Shown here in pieces: positions 25,406 through 34,092 of a stretch of 55,206 bases of DNA (the first letter of the stretch is position 1; each line of letters opens with the position of its first letter). The stretch spans positions 1 through 55,206 of the forward strand of contig JAUYKQ010000025.1 in assembly GCA_030699905.1 (NCBI GenBank). The letters are read 5' to 3'. The notes beneath the pieces were generated by a model that was given only the letters and a program-made list of their open reading frames with translations, did not search any database and had not been told where the DNA came from. The translations under genes and the position numbers were made by a program. Origin of the DNA: a bacterium (GTDB lineage: Bacteria > Patescibacteriota > Minisyncoccia > Phycocordibacterales > GCA-002787175).

Positions 25406-25966
25406 ATGCTTGAATACAACGAAATCCTAAAAGGTAGATTTATCATTTTAGACAAAGCGCCGTATGAGGTTCTTGACGCGCGGATTTTTCGCATGCAACA
25501 GAGAAAACCGGTAAATCAGACCAAGCTCAAAAACATCATAACAGGCAAAGTTACCGAACGTACTTTCGGTCAATCCGAAAAGGCAGAGGAAGCTGATTTG
25601 GAAAAGCGGGAAATAAAATATTTGTACAACAACAAAGGACAGTGGTGGTTTTGCGAAGCCAATGATCCGAGCAAGAGATTTCAACTAAGCGAAGAGCTTT
25701 TGGGCCAGGGCAAAAAATTTCTGAAAGCAAACTCTCTGGTTACCGCCTTGTATTTCAACGAAGAAATAATAGGCGTCAGCCTTCCTATCAAAGTGGAACT
25801 GAAGGTTGTGGAAGCGGCTCCTGCTGTTAAAGGCAATACCGTGCAAGGAGGCACAAAGCAAGTTACGCTTGAAACCGGCGCGACTGTAAACACGCCGATG
25901 TTCGTTAAAGAAGGAGATGTGCTTCGGATAAATACCGAGACGGGAGAATACGTAGAACGTGTGTAA
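25406..25966 (+). CDS. efp: elongation factor P
   Basis: 186 aa, three-domain EF-P pattern: ...APYEVLDARIFRMQQRKPVNQTKLKNIITGK...VKGNTVQGGTKQVTLETGATVNTPMFVKEGDVLRINTETGEYVERV. Confidence 0.9.
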   Translation: MLEYNEILKGRFIILDKAPYEVLDARIFRMQQRKPVNQTKLKNIITGKVTERTFGQSEKAEEADLEKREIKYLYNNKGQWWFCEANDPSKRFQLSEELLGQGKKFLKANSLVTALYFNEEIIGVSLPIKVELKVVEAAPAVKGNTVQGGTKQVTLETGATVNTPMFVKEGDVLRINTETGEYVERV

Positions 25967-26013
25967 AATCACTAATCAATCCCGAATTTTAAACCCAAAT
26001 ACTCCCGAATACT
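25967..26013. repeat. ctaatcaat / cccgaat word element after efp
   Basis: aatcactaatcaatcccgaattttaaacccaaatactcccgaatact. Confidence 0.55.
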
Positions 26014-26048
26014 AAAACCCCTAACGCCTGTGGCGTTAGGGGTTTTTT
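26014..26048. terminator. bidirectional intrinsic terminator between efp and rpsR
   Basis: aaaacccctaacgcc-tgt-ggcgttaggggtttttt. Confidence 0.85.
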
Positions 26049-26092
26049 CGGATAAATTCGTGTTCCCAATTCAAGGTTGATTTGGAATAAAA

Positions 26093-26293
26093 TTATCTGG
26101 CTATGTACGGCAAAAACCCCATAAACCTCGCTCTTTTTACCGTCAAAGCGACAGCTCGCTGATGCTTCGCGCAAAGTTCCGTCCTTTTTCTGCTTAGAAT
26201 CCTGCCATGAGGATTAAGAAACTTTTTTAAAAGCTCCGTGTCTTTGTAGTCCACGTATTTCAAGTTATGTTGAGAGAAAAAACATTGATTCAT
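26093..26293 (-). CDS. rpsR: ribosomal protein S18
   Basis: KYVDYKDTELLKKFLNPHGRILSRKRTELCAKHQRAVALTVKRARFMGFLPY. Confidence 0.9.
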   Translation of the reverse strand: MNQCFFSQHNLKYVDYKDTELLKKFLNPHGRILSRKRTELCAKHQRAVALTVKRARFMGFLPYIAR

Positions 26294-26295
26294 AA

Positions 26296-26448
26296 GTGTG
26301 TAGCGTGTAGCGTGTAGCGTGTAGCGTCAAAATCGTGTAGCGCGAAGCGTATAACGTGTAGCGTCAGAGTATTTCTTTTCCGGCGTTACACGTTACAAGT
26401 TACAAGTTTTAGATTATGGCGTTACAAGCTATACGTTACACGATTAGC
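26296..26448. repeat. about 150-nt hairpin of gtgtagcgt / acgttaca words in the ssb-rpsR spacer
   Basis: gtgtagcgt x4 on the left, gttacacgttacaagttacaag on the right. 26355-26404 is identical to 52126-52175 (50 nt). Confidence 0.85.
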
Positions 26449-26450
26449 GA

Positions 26451-26915
26451 TTAAAATGGTATGTCTTCTGCGTTTATGTCTTCTTCCGGATATTGTATTG
26501 AATCTTCGGCCCCTTTCTCTGTTGCTCCCTTTTCCGGATTGTTTTGAGCGTTGTTATTAGATGGTCCTCCTTGAGTTCTGTTCTGACCGATAGGCCCGAA
26601 CTGCACTCTCTCGGCCACGACTTCCGTGCGATACTTCTTCTGTCCCGTTTGCTTATCGTCCCAGCTTCGTGTCTGCATCCTACCTTCCACGAAAGCGCCG
26701 CTTCCTTTTTTCAAATACTGAGCTGATGTCTCGGCCTGTCTTCCAAAAACCACAACATTATGAAAGTCGGCCTGATCTTGCCAGTTGCCGTTTTGGTCTT
26801 TGTACCGGCGGTTGGTTGCCATGCCAAACGTGGCCACTTTCGTGCCACTTGGCAGTGACTTCAACTCCGGGTCGCGGGTTAGGTTGCCGTATATAAGAGC
26901 TTTGTTTAAATACAT
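26451..26915 (-). CDS. ssb: single-stranded DNA-binding protein
   Basis: MYLNKALIYGNLTRDPELKSLPSGTKVATFGMATNRRYKD...FHNVVVFGRQAE... OB fold, Gly/Asn-rich linker, C-terminal EDIPF. Confidence 0.92.
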   Translation of the reverse strand: MYLNKALIYGNLTRDPELKSLPSGTKVATFGMATNRRYKDQNGNWQDQADFHNVVVFGRQAETSAQYLKKGSGAFVEGRMQTRSWDDKQTGQKKYRTEVVAERVQFGPIGQNRTQGGPSNNNAQNNPEKGATEKGAEDSIQYPEEDINAEDIPF

Positions 26916-26919
26916 ATAC

Positions 26920-27036
26920 TCGATGCTAATTTACGAATAAAAGATGCGAATATGGCGAATTTGGAATCCACGAATGATTTTCTGTCTTCATTTTATTCGC
27001 GTCATTCGTTCTTCTATTCGTATATTCGTGTCGTGT
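26920..27036. repeat. about 115-nt hairpin of cgaata/gcgaat words in the rpsF-ssb spacer
   Basis: cgatgctaatttacgaataaaagatgcgaatatggcgaatttggaatccacgaatg / cattttattcgcgtcattcgttcttctattcgtatattcgtgtcg. Confidence 0.8.
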
Positions 27037-27038
27037 AC

Positions 27039-27506
27039 TTATTCTACCACCAACTCTTCTATGGTTTTATCCAGCTCTTCTTCCGAAATTGGCGATTTTT
27101 CCGCTGGTTTCTTTCTTTCTTCCCTCACCCTTCCCTCTTTTTGCTGAAGGGCTTTAATGGGAGCCATCGTGTTTTCTCTTACCGTCTTTACAACTATAAA
27201 GCGCAAGATATCATTCTGACTTTCAAAGTCATTGCTTATGGAAATCACCGCTTCGCTTGAGGCCTCAAATTTTATCCACCCGAAATAAGCTGAATTGAAA
27301 TCCTGATACTTTCCGGCTATCTGCTTGCGCAGTTTGTACGCCAGATGCATGTTCCTCGGATAATCCTCAGATATTACAACCGCTTTGTGCTTTTCAAGAA
27401 TCGCCTTCAGCTCTCCGAGAGAGACCGCGAGCTTTTCCTCCGGCACAAGCGGTAGGATATGGTAGCCGATTTCATATATTCTCGGCTCCGCTTGTTCGTT
27501 TTCCAT
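27039..27506 (-). CDS. rpsF: ribosomal protein S6 with C-terminal extension
   Basis: YEIGYHILPLVPEEKLAVSLGELKAILEKHKAVVISEDYPRNMHLAYKLRK; canonical rpsF-ssb-rpsR order. Confidence 0.85.
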   Translation of the reverse strand: MENEQAEPRIYEIGYHILPLVPEEKLAVSLGELKAILEKHKAVVISEDYPRNMHLAYKLRKQIAGKYQDFNSAYFGWIKFEASSEAVISISNDFESQNDILRFIVVKTVRENTMAPIKALQQKEGRVREERKKPAEKSPISEEELDKTIEELVVE

Positions 27507-27597
27507 GTTTGTTGAATCTTTACTTGTAATGCCGATACACTACCATTTTTGAGCATGGTTTGCAAACAGAGTATGTATAATCCTAATACTACGAACG

Positions 27598-27666
27598 ATA
27601 TGCGAATACTACAAAAACCGTTCTCCTTGTTCGTAGTATTCGCATAATTCGCAGGTTCGCATTATA
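27598..27666. repeat. about 69-nt hairpin element, inverted copy of 4723-4791
   Basis: atatgcgaatactacaaaaaccgttctccttgttcgtagtattcgcataattcgcaggttcgcattat. Confidence 0.7.
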
Positions 27667-27682
27667 GATTTCGGACCTTGAA

Positions 27683-28642
27683 TTATACCTTGAACATCTG
27701 CCGTGCATTTTTCAAGAGCTGTGCTTGCACGTATTTGAGCGGCATCCCCTTTATCTCCGCTATTCGCTTCACCACCTCCGCTACGTAAATCGGCTCGTTT
27801 CTTTTCCCTCTATGAGGAGCAGGCGTTACATACGGGCAATCGGTTTCCGAAAGAATTCTGTCAATCGGCGCGTATTTTACAAGTTCGTCGTAGTCGCGGG
27901 TGAAAGTGATAACGCCCGTAAAAGATACGTTGAATCCGACATCCAAAATCTCTTTTAGCTCGTCAATTGAGCCGGCAAAGAAGTGGAAATTGCCGCGTGG
28001 AGATGATTTATGATTTACCCTGTGAAATTCGCTAGAAGCGAAAGCCGAAGACGGTTTTTTCACAGGGTTTACGATATATGATTTAAGAATAGAAACCGCG
28101 TCTCTGTAGGCTGAAATCCCCCTCTCCCCCTCTTTGAGGGGGAGATGTCCGGAGGACAGAGGGGGTGCCGGATTTCTCACATGAAGCATAAGCGGCTTTC
28201 CTACTTCAATCGCCAATTCTATCTGCTTCCGGAACGCCTCTTCCTGTTTTTTATGTTCCGTGTTCCATGTTCCATGTTCCATGCGGTAGTAGTCCAATCC
28301 ACACTCCCCTATCCCCACCACTTTCGGGTGCTTTGCCAGATTTTTGTAATACTCGTAATCAAATTCTTCTCCGCGCGAGGTGAACTCTCGGTTCCCTTCC
28401 CCCAGCTCTTTCTCATCATGAAAACTCTTGTCGGTGTGTATCGGGTGCGTTCCGACGATTGCGTAGACGCCTTCTTTATATTTCTCGGCAATCTCCACCG
28501 CTTTTTTGCTCGTATCTTTCTGCGTGCCGACATTTATCATCCACGTATTATTCTCCAAGGCGCGAGAAATAACCTCGTCCCTGTCCGAGTCGTAAGCGGC
28601 AAAGTTTACGTGCGCGTGGCAATCAATAAAAGATGGATTCAT
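27683..28642 (-). CDS. TatD-family metal-dependent hydrolase carrying three in-frame insertions
   Basis: FIDCHAHVNF, GIGECGLDYY, KPLMLHVRN, FHFFAGS, LSETDCPYVTPAPHRGKRNEP. 319 aa versus about 255-260 for canonical TatD. Confidence 0.85.
   Translation of the reverse strand: MNPSFIDCHAHVNFAAYDSDRDEVISRALENNTWMINVGTQKDTSKKAVEIAEKYKEGVYAIVGTHPIHTDKSFHDEKELGEGNREFTSRGEEFDYEYYKNLAKHPKVVGIGECGLDYYRMEHGTWNTEHKKQEEAFRKQIELAIEVGKPLMLHVRNPAPPLSSGHLPLKEGERGISAYRDAVSILKSYIVNPVKKPSSAFASSEFHRVNHKSSPRGNFHFFAGSIDELKEILDVGFNVSFTGVITFTRDYDELVKYAPIDRILSETDCPYVTPAPHRGKRNEPIYVAEVVKRIAEIKGMPLKYVQAQLLKNARQMFKV
28003..28084 (-). repeat. in-frame hairpin insertion 1 in tatD-like CDS
   Basis: atgatttatgatttaccctgtgaaa ... 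tttcacagggtttacgatatatgattt encodes IVNPVKKPSSAFASSEFHRVNHKSS, which has no counterpart in canonical TatD. Confidence 0.7.
28113..28176 (-). repeat. in-frame hairpin insertion 2 in tatD-like CDS
   Basis: gaaatccccctct-ccccctctttgagggggag-...-agagggggtgccggatttc encodes PAPPLSSGHLPLKEGERGIS. Confidence 0.7.
28253..28283 (-). repeat. in-frame gttccatg word array in tatD-like CDS
   Basis: atgttccgtgttccatgttccatgttccatg encodes MEHGTWNTEH. The same array occurs in ileS at 40703-40731. Confidence 0.75.
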
Positions 28643-28821
28643 GATTTATGATTTAAGAATTAGGAATAAGACAAGAAGAGTATAGAATAATCTTTGCGCC
28701 AAAAAAGACAACTTGCGTCATTTCTGCAAAAGCACATAGCTCTGGAGCATTGTCTTATTTGACTCGCATTGTAGATTCCACAAACACGGTTCTAAGAAAC
28801 AATGTTGGCTGTCCGCATTAA

Positions 28822-29376
28822 TTATTCAGAACCATACACCTGAGACATAATGGTGCAAGAAGAACCAGCTACATATACACAAGAATCATACCAATTACAA
28901 GTAGGGTATTGCGAGGATTGGCATGTGGTGCCGTTTGGATAACTACCCGTACGCGCGAGTGGCTGGCTTTCAAACCATAAAACTCGCAAAGCATATCTAG
29001 TGCCACCGGAATCGTAATATTGATATTGTTTTTGTGGGTATGACGGGTCAGTCGGTACTTGTACCATAAAATTATTATTTTTCAATTCATTTGAAAAACA
29101 GTCCGTTCCTGTAATGGTTACAGTGCCACATTTTGGATAAAATCCAAATTTATCGTAGTAAAACTGAATTGCAGTATTAATTTGTCGTAAATCGGAAAGT
29201 CTCCGCGCATCCCTCGCCTTCTCTCTCGCACTGTTTAATGACGACAAAACCACCGACGACAGCAGGCCTATGATGGCTATCACCACTAAAAGTTCTATTA
29301 AAGTGAACCCGCCTGAAATTTTCTGACGAAAATTTTGGCGGGTGAACCCTCGCTTTACATTTTTTTCATTACTCAT
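28822..29376 (-). CDS. type IV pilin / pseudopilin-like protein
   Basis: Prepilin leader then GFTLIELLVVIAIIGLLSSVVL. Track start 29391 is GTG; first ATG is at 29376. Confidence 0.8.
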   Translation of the reverse strand: MSNEKNVKRGFTRQNFRQKISGGFTLIELLVVIAIIGLLSSVVLSSLNSAREKARDARRLSDLRQINTAIQFYYDKFGFYPKCGTVTITGTDCFSNELKNNNFMVQVPTDPSYPQKQYQYYDSGGTRYALRVLWFESQPLARTGSYPNGTTCQSSQYPTCNWYDSCVYVAGSSCTIMSQVYGSE

Positions 29377-29481
29377 ATAAAAATTCAGCACCTATGTCTG
29401 CCTCTATGATTCTACCACAATCTGACTATCCCATGAGAAAGATAATCGTTTATGAAGTTTATTGTCCCTGTCCCCATTTGG

Positions 29482-30930
29482 CTATTTGCGCGGAAACAGC
29501 GGTTCTGCCGGCGACTTGTTTGACCTGACCAAATCCTTTATCTTTTCCGATGTCTCGGGAAGTATCGGCGAGAGCATTTCAGCAATCTCATAGACCCCAA
29601 CAACCAATTCGGCGATAATCCGCTTTGCTTTTTCCGGCTCTGATTTGACCAATTTAAATGGTTCCGTTTCTTGTATCTTCTGATCGGTTTTTGAAATGTG
29701 TTCCCATACAATGTCCGCAACTTTTTTTATGTTGTACTCATCCATCGCTTTTATGTATTCTTTCGGAAATTTGTATTTGTTTGCAGTATCAGCATATTCA
29801 TTCGCAGTATTCGGATTATATTGCTCAGCCATCTTCATCACGCGACTTACAAGATTGCCGATGCCATTGGCCAAATCGGCGTTGTAGGCCTCTTTGAATT
29901 TTTCAAGAGTGATATCTCCGTCTTCAAAAGGCGAAATGTGCCGAGCCAAATAATAACGCACTGCTTCGGCTCCGTATTCGTCTATGAGTGTCTTCGGGTC
30001 AATGACGTTTCCAAGGGTCTTGCTCATCTTCTTGCCACCGGAAGTAATAAATCCATGCACCAAAATTGCGCGAGGAAGTGGCAGTCCCACAGAAAGAAGC
30101 ATCCCCGGCCAAATGGCGGCGTGGAAACGCAGAATGTCTTTGCCTATAACATGGACATCGGCCGGCCAAAACTTGTCATATAAAGCGCGGTCTTCTCTGC
30201 CAAAACCGAGAGCGCTTACATAATTTACAAGAGCATCGCACCAAACATACATTTTCTGGCTCGGGTCGTCCGGCACGGGAATGCCAACCGAGACCTTATC
30301 AGAGGGCCTCGAGAAACTCACATCTTCCAATCCCCTTTCCAGTAAGGCCACGATTTCATTTCTGCGCGTTTCTGGAATAATTTTAAGTTCGCCGCTTTCT
30401 ATTTTTTCCTTGATTTTCAGAGTATATTTTGAAAGCTTGAAAAAATAATTTTCTTCTTTGACAACTTGCGGCTCTTCGTTATGGTCAGGACATTTTCCGT
30501 CAATTAAGTCCTTTTCCATAACAAATGCTTCATGCCCCACGCAGTACAAACCTTCATAAGAGCGTTTTTCAATATCTCCGGCCGAGGCAAGTTTTTTCCA
30601 AAACTCCACCGCTCCCGGCCAATGCGCCTTTTCGTCCGACGTCCGAATAAACTGGTCATAAGAAATATCCAAATCGGCAAAAAGGCGTTTGAAATTTTCT
30701 GAAATCTCGTCTAAATATTCCTTGGTCTCTTTTGTCGCTTTCTTGGCCGCCTTTGCCACTTTTTCCGCGTTCTCGTCCGAGCCGGTCAAAAAGTAGGTTT
30801 CTTTCCCCGCCAGACGACTGTACCGCGCCAAAACATCCGCCAGAGTGGTGGTGTAGGCGTGTCCCAAATGCAAATTCGCGTTAGGATAAAAAATCGGGAC
30901 AGTAATGTAAAAAGTGTTCTTTTGTAACAT
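29482..30930 (-). CDS. metG: methionyl-tRNA synthetase (short form)
   Basis: PIFYPNANLHLGHAYTT (HIGH) and GGKKMSKTLGNVIDP (KMSKS). Confidence 0.9.
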   Translation of the reverse strand: MLQKNTFYITVPIFYPNANLHLGHAYTTTLADVLARYSRLAGKETYFLTGSDENAEKVAKAAKKATKETKEYLDEISENFKRLFADLDISYDQFIRTSDEKAHWPGAVEFWKKLASAGDIEKRSYEGLYCVGHEAFVMEKDLIDGKCPDHNEEPQVVKEENYFFKLSKYTLKIKEKIESGELKIIPETRRNEIVALLERGLEDVSFSRPSDKVSVGIPVPDDPSQKMYVWCDALVNYVSALGFGREDRALYDKFWPADVHVIGKDILRFHAAIWPGMLLSVGLPLPRAILVHGFITSGGKKMSKTLGNVIDPKTLIDEYGAEAVRYYLARHISPFEDGDITLEKFKEAYNADLANGIGNLVSRVMKMAEQYNPNTANEYADTANKYKFPKEYIKAMDEYNIKKVADIVWEHISKTDQKIQETEPFKLVKSEPEKAKRIIAELVVGVYEIAEMLSPILPETSEKIKDLVRSNKSPAEPLFPRK

Positions 30931-30965
30931 GGAAAAACTCTAACAGAGTGGCAAAGTAAAATCAA

Positions 30966-32084
30966 TTATTTCACCATTTCAGGAATTTCCTTTGCCTTTT
31001 TTTTCTCCGCGTCTTCAAACAGCTCCATAAGTGTCGCCGCCAATGGAACAGATAATATAAGTCCCAAAAACCCCGCCAACTTGGCTCCGACAATCAAAGC
31101 GATTATAACGATAATGGGTGGCACACCGATGATTTTCCGAACCACGAGCGGATAAATCAAATGATTCTCAAATTGTTGGATTATAAGATATAAACCGACC
31201 GCCAAGAGAGCCAAAGACACTCCGCCATCTATGTACGCCACCGCCACTGCCGGTATGGCCGCCAGTATCGGGCCGAAAAGTGGAATTATTTCAAAAATGC
31301 CGGCAAGTACTCCGAAAAACATGGCGTTTCTGACACCAAGAATAGTGAGACCGAGATAAACCAAAACACCGACAAGAACAGCAAGCAAAAGCTGTCCCTG
31401 CAACCAATATCCGATTTTGAGTTGTACCCTCTGCCAAAGACCTATGACATACTTTTCATGGTTGCGAGGAGTTACGACTTGCAAAAATTTAGCTATTCCG
31501 TTTTCCTGGACCGCAAGATAAAAAGACAAAACGATAATCAGAATAAAACTCAATATCCCTCCGAAAATTACGCTTACCGTCTGGACAAAACCCTCGGAAA
31601 CATTACTGATGGCTCGGCTTAACGTGGAGACCACCTCTCTTATTGAAAGAGCTCCGGAAAAACTTCTGACGGCTATTTCCGACTCAACGATACCTCTGGA
31701 AAGTCCTTCCGCAAATTGTCTCTCTCCTTCCAAACTGTCGCTTGACAGTCCGAGAGGGTCCCAAAGAGACACCGAATCAATATATCTCGGAACTTCCGAA
31801 ATCAAACCTGATGTTTCTTTGAGAAAAGTCGGCACAAAAGAATAGAAAAGACCGACAAATATTCCGGCGCAAGAGGCGTATATGAGAAGCACCGACAAAA
31901 GTCGCGACAGTCCGCGCCGGCGCAAAAACAGAGCCATCGGTTCAATGGCAGAGGCGATAAGGGTAGCGGTCAAAACCACAAGAACCAAATCACGCACTAC
32001 GTACAGTATAAAAAACAGGAAAATCACCGCGATGGCCTTGATAATAGTGCCTGAAGTTATTGTAATAGAGATGTTTCTATCCAT
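30966..32084 (-). CDS. AI-2E family transporter (PerM/UPF0118-like)
   Basis: 372 aa, about 8 TM helices, pattern ...FGVLAGIFEIIPLFGPILAAIPAVAVA... Confidence 0.75.
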   Translation of the reverse strand: MDRNISITITSGTIIKAIAVIFLFFILYVVRDLVLVVLTATLIASAIEPMALFLRRRGLSRLLSVLLIYASCAGIFVGLFYSFVPTFLKETSGLISEVPRYIDSVSLWDPLGLSSDSLEGERQFAEGLSRGIVESEIAVRSFSGALSIREVVSTLSRAISNVSEGFVQTVSVIFGGILSFILIIVLSFYLAVQENGIAKFLQVVTPRNHEKYVIGLWQRVQLKIGYWLQGQLLLAVLVGVLVYLGLTILGVRNAMFFGVLAGIFEIIPLFGPILAAIPAVAVAYIDGGVSLALLAVGLYLIIQQFENHLIYPLVVRKIIGVPPIIVIIALIVGAKLAGFLGLILSVPLAATLMELFEDAEKKKAKEIPEMVK

Positions 32085-32105
32085 TCCAATATGATACCAC
32101 CTTGT

Positions 32106-33374
32106 TTAGAAATGAAGAATGTCTTCAAACTCTTTGGTTTCCTCATAAGGCCCTATCACTGCCATATTGAGTTTTTCATTCTTGAAAATGTCTTTTGCCA
32201 AGTCGTAAACATGGCCGGCGTTAACCGCGTTTATTTCCGCGACAGCTTCCTCCGGTTTTTTTAATTCTTTTTTTAGGACCTCCTGGTATCCGTAATAATC
32301 GGCAAGAGAATCAGACGATTCAAGCGACAATAAAAAATTGCCCGTAAGATAGTCCTTGGCTTTTTTAACTTCTTCGTCTTCAACGGTGTTTTCTTTGATT
32401 TTTTTAAACTCGCCTAAAATCGCCTCAATGACTTCTTTGATTTTTCCGTGCTGGACTCCCGCCGATACGGCCAAGTATCCGTGGTCTGTATAGGCGTCCG
32501 TTTCGGCGCGAACATAATATGCCGCCCCCATTTCCTCCCTGACTTTTTGGAAAAGCCGAGAACTCATGCCTCCGCCCAAAATAGCGGTTAAAACTTTCAA
32601 TGTGGCATTGCGTTTATCATAAACATCAAAAGTTCTGGCGCCGATGACAACATGGGACTGATCTGTTTTTTTGTACGACGCGCAAACGGCCGGAGATGCC
32701 TGCAGTTCTTCCACTTTTGTTTTTTTATGTTTCTCTCCAGCGCTTATGGCGGTAAATTTTTCCATAACGGCGTTTTTGGCCGCTTCTTCGTCAATGTTTC
32801 CGCAGATGAGAACTGTCGTGGCGCCTGAAACATAGTTTCTCTCCCGATATTCAGCTAATGCGTCTCTGGTTGTGGCTTTTACCGTCTCTTTCGTCCCCAC
32901 TATATTCCACCCCGCCGGCTGGTCTCCATATAAAACTTCAAAAAATAATTCTCCCACTTTTCTTTGAGGCAAATCCTCATACATGTTTATCTCCTCTATT
33001 ATCACTCCCTTTTCTTTTTCAATTTCTTTTTCGGGCAATGTGGGATTCAAATACAAGTCAGAAACAATGTCCAGAATTTTGTCTTTGTGCTTGTAATCCG
33101 CCTTGGCGAAATAGCCGGTAAATTCATGCGAGGTAAAAGCATTGCATTGTGAGCCGATAGAGTCAAGCTCTTTCGCTATATGTAGCGCCGTTGGCCGCGC
33201 CCCGGTGCCCTTAAAACACATATGCTCCAAAAAATGCGAAATACCGCTTATGTCTTTGCTCTCGTATTTAGAACCTGCTTCCACCAGTACCATGACTGTT
33301 ACCGTCGGATTGTCCTTCATGGGGACCGTGATAAGTCGCAGGCCGTTTGATAAAATTGTTTTATTAAATTTCAT
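32106..33374 (-). CDS. M16 (pitrilysin/insulinase) family zinc peptidase
   Basis: GISHFLEHMCFKGT (HxxEH zinc motif), 422 aa. Confidence 0.85.
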   Translation of the reverse strand: MKFNKTILSNGLRLITVPMKDNPTVTVMVLVEAGSKYESKDISGISHFLEHMCFKGTGARPTALHIAKELDSIGSQCNAFTSHEFTGYFAKADYKHKDKILDIVSDLYLNPTLPEKEIEKEKGVIIEEINMYEDLPQRKVGELFFEVLYGDQPAGWNIVGTKETVKATTRDALAEYRERNYVSGATTVLICGNIDEEAAKNAVMEKFTAISAGEKHKKTKVEELQASPAVCASYKKTDQSHVVIGARTFDVYDKRNATLKVLTAILGGGMSSRLFQKVREEMGAAYYVRAETDAYTDHGYLAVSAGVQHGKIKEVIEAILGEFKKIKENTVEDEEVKKAKDYLTGNFLLSLESSDSLADYYGYQEVLKKELKKPEEAVAEINAVNAGHVYDLAKDIFKNEKLNMAVIGPYEETKEFEDILHF

Positions 33375-33418
33375 ATGAAAGAATGATTGAAAACTCCAAT
33401 ATGAACTTAAGATACTGT

Positions 33419-33553
33419 GAATTACGAAACACTTGCTTACCCCCCCACTCGGAAAGCTCCCAAAAAAGTGACCGCTCCAAGGGCGCTTGCCCGGGGCTCA
33501 GTCACTTTTTTGTGACTTTCCTCGTGGGGGGGCGTCTGCCGTATTTCGTAATT
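33419..33553. repeat. MITE-like palindromic element, copy D (most complete)
   Basis: gaattacgaaacacttgcttacccccccactcggaaagctcccaaaaaagtgaccgctccaagggcgcttgcccggggctcagtcacttttttgtgactttcctcgtgggggggcgtctgccgtatttcgtaatt. Confidence 0.85.
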
Positions 33554-33603
33554 AAAGATAAGATAAGCACAGATTAACATGGATTTAAAAACGGACAAAC
33601 ACA

Positions 33604-33621
33604 AAGGCCCCGAAGGGCCTT
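33604..33621 (-). terminator. short stem-loop after the 33628 gene
   Basis: aaggccc-cgaa-gggcctt, with a T-rich tract on the minus strand. Confidence 0.5.
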
Positions 33622-33627
33622 GAAAAG

Positions 33628-34092
33628 CTAAATGTCGAAACCAAGGAATGTAGGATTTTTTATATCCACTTTCCTACGTACCGTCCGTTGACTCTTTAAA
33701 CAGAGGCATCTTTCCGTCGTGTCAAGGATTAAGAAATCTTCACACGGTAAAATTTGCCCGTATCGCTGGTCAGGAATCTTCGCCACCTCAAGACAAGTAG
33801 CGACGTTAGGCACTTTTTCCGGCGGGTCTCTGGAAATCAGAAGCTCCGGAGCCAAAATCCGCACGGCGTTTATGTCTTTGGGCTCCAAGGGAACCTGAAA
33901 CACAACTGTTTTTAGATTTTTTTCACCACCCAAAATCAGACGTCCGTCCGAAAACAGACGGAAGATTCCGTGTGAAAAAAAATGTTGAGCCCTTTGTGTG
34001 GCCCATGTTGTGAGATCATTTACCCGCGCGTCACCTGAATGCGGGCTGTATTGAATACGTACATTGAATCGGATATTAAATTTTGCTTTCAT
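33628..34092 (-). CDS. hypothetical protein, no recognisable motif
   Basis: 154-aa ORF with ATG start and its own stem-loop downstream. Confidence 0.5.
   Translation of the reverse strand: MKAKFNIRFNVRIQYSPHSGDARVNDLTTWATQRAQHFFSHGIFRLFSDGRLILGGEKNLKTVVFQVPLEPKDINAVRILAPELLISRDPPEKVPNVATCLEVAKIPDQRYGQILPCEDFLILDTTERCLCLKSQRTVRRKVDIKNPTFLGFDI

Noticed and set aside
26296-26345. Tandem gtgtagcgt repeats (also gttccatg x4 at 40703), considered as a possible CRISPR array
   Set aside because: The repeat unit is only 8-9 nt and directly tandem, with no spacers. The array is one arm of a hairpin, and no cas genes are present in the window.
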